Of a stretch of 34,655 nt of DNA, positions 1-11,000 are shown in pieces. The notes beneath the pieces were generated by a model. That model saw only the letters and a list, made by a program, of their open reading frames with translations. It made no database searches and was not told where the DNA came from. Source of the stretch: Ministeria vibrans ATCC 50519 (Eukaryota; Protista; Filasterea); contig CALSCP010002817.1 of NCBI GenBank assembly GCA_943704425.1, forward strand, positions 1 to 34,655, read 5' to 3'. Position numbers and translations under genes: made by a program. How positions within the stretch are numbered: position 1 is the stretch's first letter; every line of letters begins with the position of its first letter.

Positions 1-27
1 TTTTGCTCGTTTTTAATCTGTGCGTAG

Positions 28-1150
28 TGGAGACTGAAACCTGGAAGACTGTGTACGAAAACCTTTTTGGCATGTACTCCACACATGCTTGCTCCGAGTA
101 TCAGGTACATATTAAACACCACGCGATATTCATGATGACAATCGTCCTAATAATAATTCTAATAACTTTTTGTTGTCATGTATTTTCCCGCAGGTCGCCA
201 TGAAGTCATTTCAGGACGAGTGCAACTTTTCGGCCGAGGCCATCCCGCAACAGGCGGTGATTTCGAGATTTCTCATGAGCCGCACAGGGTTTACTCTGCG
301 CCCAGTCGCTGGTCTCCTGTCCGCTCGCAACTTCCTGAACGGTAAAACAATGTTTACAGAAACAATAATAATAAGAATAATAATTATTTACATACCTTTC
401 TGCTGTTTCTCTACTATTTTTAGGTCTTGCATTCCGCGTATTTCACGCAACCCAGTACATCCGCCACCACTCTAAGCCCCTCTACACACCTGAGCCCGAC
501 GTCTGCCATGAGCTCCTTGGCCACGTGCCTCTCTTTGCCGACCCAACTTTTGCCGATTTCTCCCACGAAATTGGTCTTCTGTCAATCGGTGCGTCGGACT
601 GGGACATTGAACGCCTGGTAAGCAATAGCAGCACAAATAACGGTTCTAAACAATAATACTAATTTTTAATTGAAATTTTTAGTCCACTCTGTACTGGTTC
701 ACCATTGAGTTTGGTCTGACCAAGGAGGCCAACGGCGAAATGCGCGCGTACGGTGCGGGACTTCTCTCTAGCTTTGGTGAGCTGGAGTACTGCCTATCCG
801 ACAAGCCCGAGGTAACAGAGATGCCTTCCAACAAAATCAATCAATTAGTATCACATTAATTAATCCTGGATTCTCAGGTGCTTCCCTTTGACCCTGAGGT
901 CGCGTCGACAACCGAATACCCCATCACGTGCTTCCAACCCACCTACTTCTGCGCTGAGTCATTTGCCGATGCCCTTGCGAAAGTCCGGTAAGCTTATAAT
1001 TAAGCCCCACGTGCATTTCTGTCACACTTTGCTGTGTCATAACAATCATCTCCCTCTCAATTTTGCAGTGCATTTGCCAAGGGCATGAATCGCACCTTCT
1101 CGGTGACGTACGATGCCGAGACTGAGTCTCTCAAGGTTCACAAAGTGTGA
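28..1150 (+). CDS. PAH: Biopterin-dependent aromatic amino acid hydroxylase, most likely phenylalanine-4-hydroxylase; 5'-partial, last 6 exons
   Basis: Exons 28-104, 194-341, 424-617, 683-811, 878-987 and 1069-1150 join through GT-AG introns in a consistent frame. The product contains [54 protein letters not shown] (two Fe-ligand His), [10 protein letters not shown] (Fe-ligand Glu) and [22 protein letters not shown] and YPITCFQP fit PAH better than TH or TPH. Confidence 0.93.
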
Positions 1151-1358
1151 ATATTGGAGTTTGACGCCAAAGGAGAGTCCACGAGAGAGGAGAGAGAGAA
1201 AGCGAGAGTGGGAGAGAAATAACTGAATAAAAACAAACGGTATTTATATATAGGAAAGAACTGGCAGGAAAAATGCGATACGTGGGTTACAAGAATAACA
1301 AAGAGACACAATACTTCCGCCGTAGATTTCTAGATACTTTTGATTGTCTGTATTTGCT

Positions 1359-3464
1359 TTAATTAGTCTCTCTTGCCCAACACCACTTCAGAACAGTTTC
1401 TGCTCGCTTGTCGTGCGGCGTGCACTCTGAAAGCTCTTGCACGGACACACCGAGCGTTTTAAACATGTCCTATTAAAATATACAATGCCGTGCAAAATTA
1501 TTAATACTTATTCTTAACTTTTTTGTGTTATTATGATGATCAGCTTATGAGTATTATGATCTTGAATAATAATAATTATTATTATTATGGCTCACCTGAA
1601 ACACCAAGTCGAGCTGCTTGATCTCGGCAAAGTCGGACTGCCAGCGGACGTTGTCGTCGCGTACAAACTCCTTGACAGGCTCCAGTCTGACCACCAATGT
1701 GTTGGGTGCCTTGAGGATGTCCACGAGCTCACGGAACTCGGGGGCTTCGCGCAGTTCCTCCGCCAGACGCGTGCGCTTCTTCCACAGCGTGTACGCGAGA
1801 AAGTCAATGCCTCGATCCATGATGAACTTGCATCCTTTGACGGAGTGGTTCTCGTGCGCGCGCTTGCATTGCTCGCGCATGATCATGCGCTGCAACGCAT
1901 CAAACGTGTCCTCTGAGTACGTTGCTGACGTCGACATGATATCCTCGCGCGAAATGCCCTCTCTGACCATCACAGAGCGCGCCACCTCATCGACCACTGG
2001 CATGCCGGTGAGACGCGCCAGGTCACGTGCCAGCCACGTCTTTCCGGTCGAGTGCGCCCCGCACAACACAATTGTGTCAATTGTACGTGGGGTCACATGT
2101 ACAGCCACCGACTGCGACGGTTGCTGTGCGACGTTCCACTCAAGCGGCACCGTCTCAAGCGTTGGGGCGCCCGGTGCGAGGGTAAAGTCAACGGCACGCA
2201 GAATGCTGTGCAGGACACAGCGTGCCTCAGTCATTGCAAAGTGCTGACCGACGCACGACCGCTCGCCTTCGCCAAAGGGAAACACCGGCGTGTCCGCGCC
2301 TCTGAGACGAAGCTCCGTAATATTGCTAACTGGATCAAACTCGTGGGCGTTGAGGAATACGCTCGTGTCGTGTCCCAAGCCCTCGAGGTAGAGCACGGCC
2401 TCAGTGAAGTCACTCACAACAACACCGCTGGGAACGCTGCGCATTGCGACGGGACCAACGGGGCGCAGTCTCATCGATTCGTACAGCACGTCGTCAATCA
2501 AAGTCACGTTTGCATCTACGCCGTCTTCAGACGTCAAGCGCCACTTGAAGGGTTGCGCGACGGATGTGCTGCTGAGTTGGCCAACGCTGGCAATGCGCTC
2601 GGCGAGCTCTCGCTTGTTGGTGAGCCCATGGATGGCGTTTGATAATGTAGTGGCAGTCGTGTCAATTGTGGCCAGCGCCATCTCGAGCATCAGATGGACG
2701 CGCTGATGCTTCGTGAGATCTGTGTCGTCGTCCATCACGAGCGCTTGGAAGCTGTCAGCTCCCGACGCACTCACTGCAAGGTGCTTCTCAACCACAGCGT
2801 GAGCGTGCTCACTTGCTTTTGCATAGGCGTGACCCGGCAGGCCCGGAACCCAGCGCAACTTTGCCAGCCAGTTGGGACAGAGAAGGAAATGTTCCCATGC
2901 GCCAAAAAAGCCGCACACTGCGTCAATCAGTTCCTGTCGATCCCGCCTTTCAAGGTTGGCTCCCGGGAAAAAAACATCCAGTGATACGCGCAATGTAACG
3001 TGTTGCATAAAACTGTGGAGATCGACACCATCCGCGTTTGGGCTTAGGGGTGTCTCGCTCAAAATATCGTGGACAGCTTGCTCGCAAAGTTGCGGTAACA
3101 TTTCTCGTGTTTTCTTGTTGACAAACTTATCAAAGTAACGCTTGCGGTCGCGATGCCAAAGATCACGGTCCTGTTGCCAAATAACACCCTCTTTGAACAT
3201 GCCAAGGGCACGGAGCCCCTCGGGCGACCCAAAGCGGCTACTCAAGGTTGTTTTTCGAGTGACGCGCCGAATATGTTCCGCGTCGCGTGTCAACAACATT
3301 TTGCCGGCCAGCGTGAGCGTTTTCGTCTCCGCGAGCATTATTGCGCAGAATCGAGGCACGCGTACCCACCACATGAAAAAGCGCACAAGGCCAAAGCCCA
3401 ACAGAGGCATTTGGTCGAGGTGCAACTTCTGCAACGTCAACTTCACTAGGAATTCGCTGATCAT
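1359..3464 (-). CDS. Cytochrome P450 (aromatase/CYP19-like) fused to a C-terminal NadR/Ttd14-like AAA_28 P-loop kinase domain, about 659 aa
   Basis: Exon 3464-1596, intron 1595-1470 (CAG|GTGAG...TAG), exon 1469-1359 (DMFKTLG...WARETN*). P450 motifs: WxxxR (WHRDR), I-helix [11 protein letters not shown], ExxR (YESMR), heme loop FGEGERSCVG at 2247-2276. Kinase motifs: Walker A GAHSTGKT at 2037-2060, EVAR, MDRG, DDNVR. The start is uncertain because an upstream exon cannot be excluded. Confidence 0.88.
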
Positions 3465-4237
3465 CCAACTCCACTACGAATGAGAGGTGCTTAGGAGTTT
3501 GGATTCATACGCGAGACCACTGTACCCCAGGTAAACGTAAATGAGTAGAATTAAAGTGAGGAAGGAATTGCAGGTACGATTGAGAGACGTCGTCTAAATA
3601 GCGAAGTGGAGTTGAAAAAAATGAAACCGCCCCTGAATAAAATGATAAGAATTTTATTCATCGACCATTCCAATTTGAAATATAGCCACAATTAAAATTT
3701 TCTTGTCTTGTTCATATTTAACAAAAATATATCAAACTTGGGAAGTTGGGATCGGCGTTTGTGTTCAGTTATGTCATTTTTTTTTCTTTTCTTATTTTTT
3801 GACTGGAAATAATGTCGTTCAAAAGTCAACACGAAGTCAACACTCTTCATAAGAACTATAATCCGTCACCGCCTGGCGCCTGGCGCCTGTTGAGCGTTGG
3901 CTGTATTTTTTGACAATTTACAGATGTCATAATACATGACTAATAGTTATAAAGTGTGAAGAGGAGGGAGTACCTTATAGTGATTACATGAGTTCAGAGT
4001 TGGGTCTGACTCACTTCTTAGTTCTTAGTCTCTTGTGAGTCTTGAGTCTTGACCCTTTAGTCACTCACAAGTCATAAGGCTTTATAGTTTATTAAGCCAT
4101 GAAAAGCATTATATTTTTAACAATGATGATAACACATGATAATTGCTGATTCAGTTTCAGTTTGGTTTGGTATTATTTCAATTTTACAATTAATTATTAT
4201 TAATTTTAAAATTCAGTTTTCACACTTTTCTCTCTTC
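3465..4237. promoter_or_regulatory. Divergent (head-to-head) intergenic promoter region between the P450-kinase gene and the giant EGF gene
   Basis: AT-rich ~770 bp between oppositely oriented starts. It contains the direct repeats AAGTCAACAC x2 (~3823-3843) and CGCCTGG x~3 (~3870-3889), plus several TGA(C/G)T(C/A) motifs at 3937-4075. Confidence 0.5.
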
Positions 4238-5065
4238 ATGGCTGGGCGCCCTCTAACAACGCCAACCGCCCTGGCCTGTACCCTGGCTGCACTCCTTCTC
4301 TTCATCACATCCCCAGCGAGTGCTCAAACGCCAGGTACCGCTCACTCACACTCCATTTCAACTCCTACGCACCAATCATGGCTCGTGACGTCCCCATGGC
4401 AACCGTCCAAAAGCACCGCCCATCGGACTTTGCCTTTGTCGTCATACTTTATATCACTCACACAACACCGTGTTGGCGCCTACGGTGGGCTCAGCACACC
4501 CTTCACTCGTCGAATATCATCGAAAAATCGCATCATCATCGATTATTCGTTTCGCACCTCTCTCTCACTCTCCCGCTCTCCCCCCACCCCACACACCCCT
4601 CCTCAGTCTCGCCACTCGTCATCACTCTCACCATGCTCAACACAAAACAACACCCCCTTTTCTTTACCAGTCACTCAATCTCAGACCTATTAGGATTACA
4701 TACATGATTACCTGATGCTATGGAAGCTCCTACTCCTGTTTCAGCTTTAATCCCNNNNNNNNNCTCTCTCTCCCCACCCACCCCTGCACCTCCCCTGCAC
4801 TCCTCACCCTCCACCCTCCACCACCGCCCTCCGCCTCCCACCCCCTCCTTTGGCTCAACGGTCCTTCTTCTTCTGCCCATCCCCTCCTTCCCTCCCAGGC
4901 ATCCTTGCCGACCACTACAGCAACGGCAACCTCACTGCCCCGCTCGTCTTCACCCGTGCCTACGTCTGGGTCAACTTCTTCCTCACCAGCAATGGCTTCC
5001 TTGACCCTCGCTTGCCCAGCAACTACGTAAGACATACAGACAGACAGAGAGAGAGAGAGACAGAC

Positions 5066-5096
<31 letters not shown>

Positions 5097-8000
5097 AAAA
5101 AAGGCCGTTTCAAAATAGTTATTGTAAAATTCTCTGTCTCTTCTCTCAGTTCTCTGTGCGGTATCGAGGAGCAATCTCGCCGTCGGTGACGGGCATGTAC
5201 ACGCTGTACGTGCAGGCAGATGACGCGGCCATGCTGTACTTCAACGGGACGGCGATTCTGCCTTCACAGGCAGCGAGTGCGACGGGCTTGAACGAGTGGA
5301 CGGCCGTGCGCAGCGTGTTTCTGCAGACAGGCCGCTACTACCCCGTTGTGCTGGACTATTTTGAGAAGGTGGGCACTGCCGAAGCGCGTCTGTTGTGGTT
5401 CTCGCCGGCGACCGGCCACAAGGAGGTCATTCCACAGGCGTACTATTTTCAGTCGGGTGGCGTGTGCACTCCCAGTGCGTGCAGCCAGCGCGGCAACTGC
5501 ACCGAGGTGTTCGTGGGCAACGGCGTCCTCGAGGCGGCATGCAACTGCCCCGCTGGCTACACGGGTGCTGCGTGCGAGACGGCCACCAACGGCTGTCACT
5601 CCAATCCGTGCGCCAACGGTGGTGCCTGCGACTCCAACCCAGCCGCGCCCACCACCTACCTGTGCGCCTGTACCTCGGGCTTCAGCGGTACCCACTGTGA
5701 AATGGACCTCGACGAATGCGCCTCGAGTCCCTGCACCAATGGCGGCACTTGTGCCGACCTGGCCAATGGTTTTGTCTGCGCCTGCGTCGACGGTCGCACG
5801 GGTGCCACTTGCGCCAGCGACGTTGACGAGTGCAGTTCGACTCCCTGCCAAAATGGCGCCACTTGCACCACGCCCACTCTTGGCGTCTTTACGTGCGCCT
5901 GCGCTCCGGGCTACACCGACGCACAGTGCTCGACCGACATTGACGAGTGCACCTCGATTCCGTGCGCCCACGGTGGTACCTGCTCCGACGGCGTCAATGG
6001 CTACACGTGCGCCTGTGTGTCGGGGGCCGTTGGAACGCAATGTGAGACGGACGTCAACGAGTGTGGCTCGAGCCCGTGTCAGCATGGCGCTACTTGTATC
6101 GACTCGCTCGGCTTCTTCACATGCACCTGCCCATCGGGTTTCCAAGACTCTCTTTGCCAGACCAACATCAACGAGTGCGCGTCCAACCCGTGCCACAACG
6201 GCGCCACCTGTGTGGACCATGACAACTCCTACACGTGCACCTGTGCCTCGGGCTACACCGACGCACTTTGCCAGAGCAACAACAACGACTGTGACTCGTC
6301 GCCCTGCGCCAATGGTGCCACCTGCATCGACGGCATAAATACGTACACTTGCTCTTGCCTCGCCGGCTTCTCCGGCTCCCACTGCACCATTGACAGCTGC
6401 TCCAGCTCGCCGTGCGCCAACAATGGCACGTGTACTGTCGGCCAGCGTCTCAACAACACCTTTGTCGAGCGCGACTTTCGCACCGGCTCTCAACAGATCA
6501 ATCTCACCGACTTCTCGCCGTTCAAGCGACTCCACCTGAAAAACCGCCAGCAAGTGCTACTCCACCCTACCGAGCTTAACGACAGTGGCTTGCGCGCCGG
6601 CGATCTCATCTACCAGTTTGCCTTCTTTGTTGCTTCGGTTGGCACTTCCCTCGACTCCTTCACCGCCAGCGTCTTTTTCTCCACCGCTCAAGACCTTTCG
6701 GCGGGATTCCTCAACGACTCTAACGCGCTCGTAGCCTACCCCACGGCACCCTACACTCCCACGTTGGGCTGGAACCGTTTTGATATCTTCAACACACCGC
6801 TCGCCTGGGACGGCACCAGTAGTCTCGTGCTGTCGACTTGCCAGAGCAACTCCATCAGCGGCGTCGACTCGGCCGTCGAGTTTGACATTAACACAAGTGT
6901 GCGCAGCATGGCCTTGCGCTTCACCGACGACAACGGTATAGTTGCGTGCACCATGGACGCGTTTAACTCGCAGGGCACGCAGCTGCGTCCCGTCATCCAA
7001 CTCACTGCCTCCGTCTCCACCACCGATGGTTTCACCTGTGCCTGTTCCGCTGGCTATGCCGGCAGCCAGTGCGACAGCAACATTGATGACTGCGCCTCGA
7101 ACCCGTGTCTCAATGGCGCCGTTTGTATCGATGGCATTGAGTCGTACTCGTGCGCCTGCGTCAAGGGATTTGCCGGCACCTATTGCGAGACTAACATTGA
7201 CGATTGTACTTCGAACCCGTGCGCGAACGGCGGCGTCTGCAACGATCTCATCAATGCCTATCACTGTACATGCGCGTCGGGCTTCACCGACACCAACTGC
7301 GGCACGGACATTAACGAGTGCGCCTCAAACCCCTGTCAGAACGGCGCCTCCTGTCTCAACCTCATAGGTCAGTTTGCGTGCGTGTGCGCCGCCGGCTACA
7401 CCGGCACCACGTGCGCTGCAGATATCAACGAGTGCGCGTCGAATCCGTGTGTCAACGGCGCCACCTGTACCGACGCTGTCAATGGCTACACGTGTGCCTG
7501 TGTGCCTGGATTCGTTGGAAGCGACTGCTCGTCCAATGTGAACGAGTGCGCGAGTGCTCCATGCGCCAATGGCGGCACCTGTACCGATCAAGTGAATGCA
7601 TTCACGTGTGCCTGTGTGCCGGGCTTTAGCGGAACTGCCTGCTCCATCAACGTCAACGAATGCGCATCCAACCCGTGTCGCAACGGTGGCATCTGCAACG
7701 ACGGCGTCCACTCGTACACGTGCGCATGTCTCGCCGGCTACACGGGTGTTCTTTGCGAAGTGGACATCAACGAGTGCACTTCGAACCCGTGTGCCAACGG
7801 TGGCACATGTACAGACGGCATCAACTCATTTTCCTGCTCGTGTGTCACAGGCTTTGCTGGCGTCGACTGTCGCAGCAATATCGACGAGTGCGCATCCACC
7901 CCGTGTCAAAATGGCGGCGTATGCAGCGACGGTATTAATGGCTACTTGTGCACCTGTGTGGCGGGCTTCACCGACACTCATTGTCAGACCAACGTCAACG

Positions 8001-11000
8001 AGTGTGGCTCGAACCCTTGCCAAAATGCAGCAACATGTATTGATGGTATCAACTCGTACTCGTGCCAGTGCGTCGCGGGATTCGAGGGCGTTTTGTGTCA
8101 GACTAATACCAACGAGTGTGACTCAAGTCCGTGCCGCAACGGAGCGGAGTGCACTGACGGTATCAATGGATTCACATGTTCATGTACAAATGGCTACACC
8201 GACACACTATGTCAGTCGGACATCAACGAGTGCCTGTCAAACCCCTGTGTCAACGGTGCAACGTGTGTCAATAATGTGGGGTCGTTTTCGTGTTCCTGTG
8301 TCGATGGCTACGCTGGAGTCCGTTGCGAGACGAACATCAACGAATGCGAAAGTGCGCCCTGCGCAAACAATGGCGTGTGCACTGACCAAGTCGACGGCTA
8401 CATGTGTACGTGTGCTGCCGGGTTNNNNNNNNNNNNNNNNNNNNNNNNNNNNNNNNNNNNNNNNNNNNNNNNNNNNNNNNNNNNNNNNNNNNNNNNNNNN
8501 NNNNNNNNNNNNNNNNNNNNNNTGGAGTCCGTTGCGAGACGAACATCAACGAATGCGAAAGTGCGCCCTGCGCAAACAATGGCGTGTGCACTGACCAAGT
8601 CGACGGCTACATGTGTACGTGTGCTGCCGGGTTTACTGGCGTCGTGTGTCAAACGAACATCAACGAGTGCGTGTCGAATCCGTGTGCAAACGGTGGGACT
8701 TGCACGGACGCCATCAACGGCTACACGTGCAGCTGCTTGCCCGGCTTTCTTGGCGTGCGCTGCGACAACGACAACAACGAATGCGCGTCGAGTCCGTGTC
8801 AGAACGGCGGCGTGTGCTCGGACCATATCAATAGCTTCTCGTGCTCGTGTGCACTTGGGTACACCGGCACATTGTGCGGCACGGAGATTGACGAGTGTGC
8901 GTCAAGCCCGTGTGCTGCCAGTGCTACATGCAATGACCATGTTGGATCGTACTCGTGCTTGTGTGCGGCTGGCTCAACAGGCACGGGGTGCCAGATTGAC
9001 ATTGACGAGTGTGCGTCGAATCCTTGCGGGTCTCACGGCGTGTGTTTTGACAGTGCCAACTTCTACTTGTGTGTGTGCGAGGATGGGTTTGCCGGTGATG
9101 ACTGTGAAGTCAATGTCGACGAGTGCGCCTCGAACCCGTGTCTGAACGGTGCCACCTGCAGCGACCAAATCGATGCTTACACGTGCCTTTGCGTTCCCGG
9201 TTTTGTTGGCACACAGTGCCAAACGAACCTCAACGAGTGTGCCTCAAACCCGTGTCAGAACGGCGCCACTTGCGACGACGGTGTGAATTCCTACACGTGC
9301 ACCTGTCCGCCCGGGTTCACCGACACACACTGCGACACCAACATCAACGAGTGTGCATCAAACCCATGCCGGAATAGCGCGACTTGCAACGACGGAATCA
9401 ATGGCTTCACGTGCACCTGTGCGCCGGGGTTCGTGGGCACGCACTGCGAGACCAACGTCAATGAGTGCCTTTCAAATCCCTGCCATAATTCTGGTGTGTG
9501 CCAGGACCTTAAGAACGGCTACAAATGCTTTTGCCAGCCGGGCTTCACGGGCACTGGGTGCCAGACGAATATTAATGAGTGTGCGTCGAATCCGTGTCAG
9601 AATGGCGTCACTTGCAACGACGGCGTCAACTCGTTCACCTGCTCGTGCCTAGCGGGTTTCAGCGGCGTGCAATGTCAGACTAACAACAACGAATGCGCCT
9701 CAAACCCTTGTGTAAACGGAGCAACTTGTGCGGACGGCGTGAATTCGTTCATTTGTGCTTGTGCGCCGGGCTACGTTGGAACGGTTTGCTCGACGAACGT
9801 GAATGAATGTGCAAGTGACCCGTGCGCCAACGGCGGCACATGTACTGATGGCATCAACTCGTACACTTGCTCGTGCGTCACAGGCTATACTGGTCCATTC
9901 TGTTTGATCAACAACAATGAATGTGCGTCTACCCCCTGTCGTAATGGCGGTGTATGTCAAGACGGTATCAACTCGTACACATGCTCATGTCTGGCAGGGT
10001 ACACTGGTGTGAATTGCCAGACCAACGTGAATGAGTGTTCGAGCGCCCCGTGTGCCAATGGAGGGACCTGTTCCGACCAAATCAACGGATTCACGTGCGT
10101 GTGTCGGACCGGATTTACCGGTGTACGGTGCGCGACAAACATTGATGATTGTGTGTCCAACCCGTGTCGAAATGGCGCAACGTGCAATGACGGAGTGAGT
10201 TCGTACACGTGCACATGTGCTGCAGGCTACACCGACTCGCACTGCCAGACCAACATCAACGAGTGCGGGTCGACTCCCTGCCAAAATGGTGCCTTGTGCA
10301 TTGATGGCATCAACTTGTTCGCGTGTGCTTGTGCAGCTGGATACACGGGTGTCCTCTGTGAGACAAACATCAACGAATGCCGCTCAAGTCCATGTACAAA
10401 TGGCGGCAGCTGTAACGATGGGGTCAACTCATACGCGTGTTCGTGTGCCTCCGGGTTCACCGACACACACTGCGAGACGGACATCAACGAATGCTTGTCG
10501 AACCCGTGTGCCAATGGTGCCGTTTGCTCGAACCACGTTGGTTCGTTCTCGTGTTCCTGTGTCGATGGCTACGGTGGAGTCCGTTGCGAGACGAACATCA
10601 ACGAATGCGAAAGTGCGCCCTGCGCAAACAATGGCGTGTGCACTGACCAAGTCGACGGCTACATGTGTACGTGTGCTGCCGGGTTTACTGGCGTCGTGTG
10701 TCAAACGAACATCAACGAGTGCGTGTCGAATCCGTGTGCAAACGGTGGGACTTGCACGGACGCCATCAACGGCTACACGTGCAGCTGCTTGCCCGGCTTT
10801 CTTGGCGTGCGCTGCGACAACGACAACAACGAATGCGCGTCGAGTCCGTGTCAGAACGGCGGCGTGTGCTCGGACCATATCAATAGCTTCTCGTGCTCGT
10901 GTGCACTTGGGTACACCGGCACATTGTGCGGCACGGAGATTGACGAGTGTGCGTCAAGCCCGTGTGCTGCCAGTGCTACATGCAATGACCACGTTGGATC

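Noticed and set aside
3475-3590. Possible upstream exon encoding a hydrophobic anchor (FLTLILLIYVYLGYSGLA) for the P450-kinase on the minus strand
   Set aside because: It is in frame but separated by a TAG and has no ATG. It would need a weak GAG acceptor and a further exon, so it cannot be supported without RNA data.
5027-5149. Arg/Glu-rich segment ([14 protein letters not shown]) in ORF 4850
   Set aside because: It is a 123-nt in-frame GT-AG intron with a GA microsatellite; removing it restores a contiguous PA14 domain.
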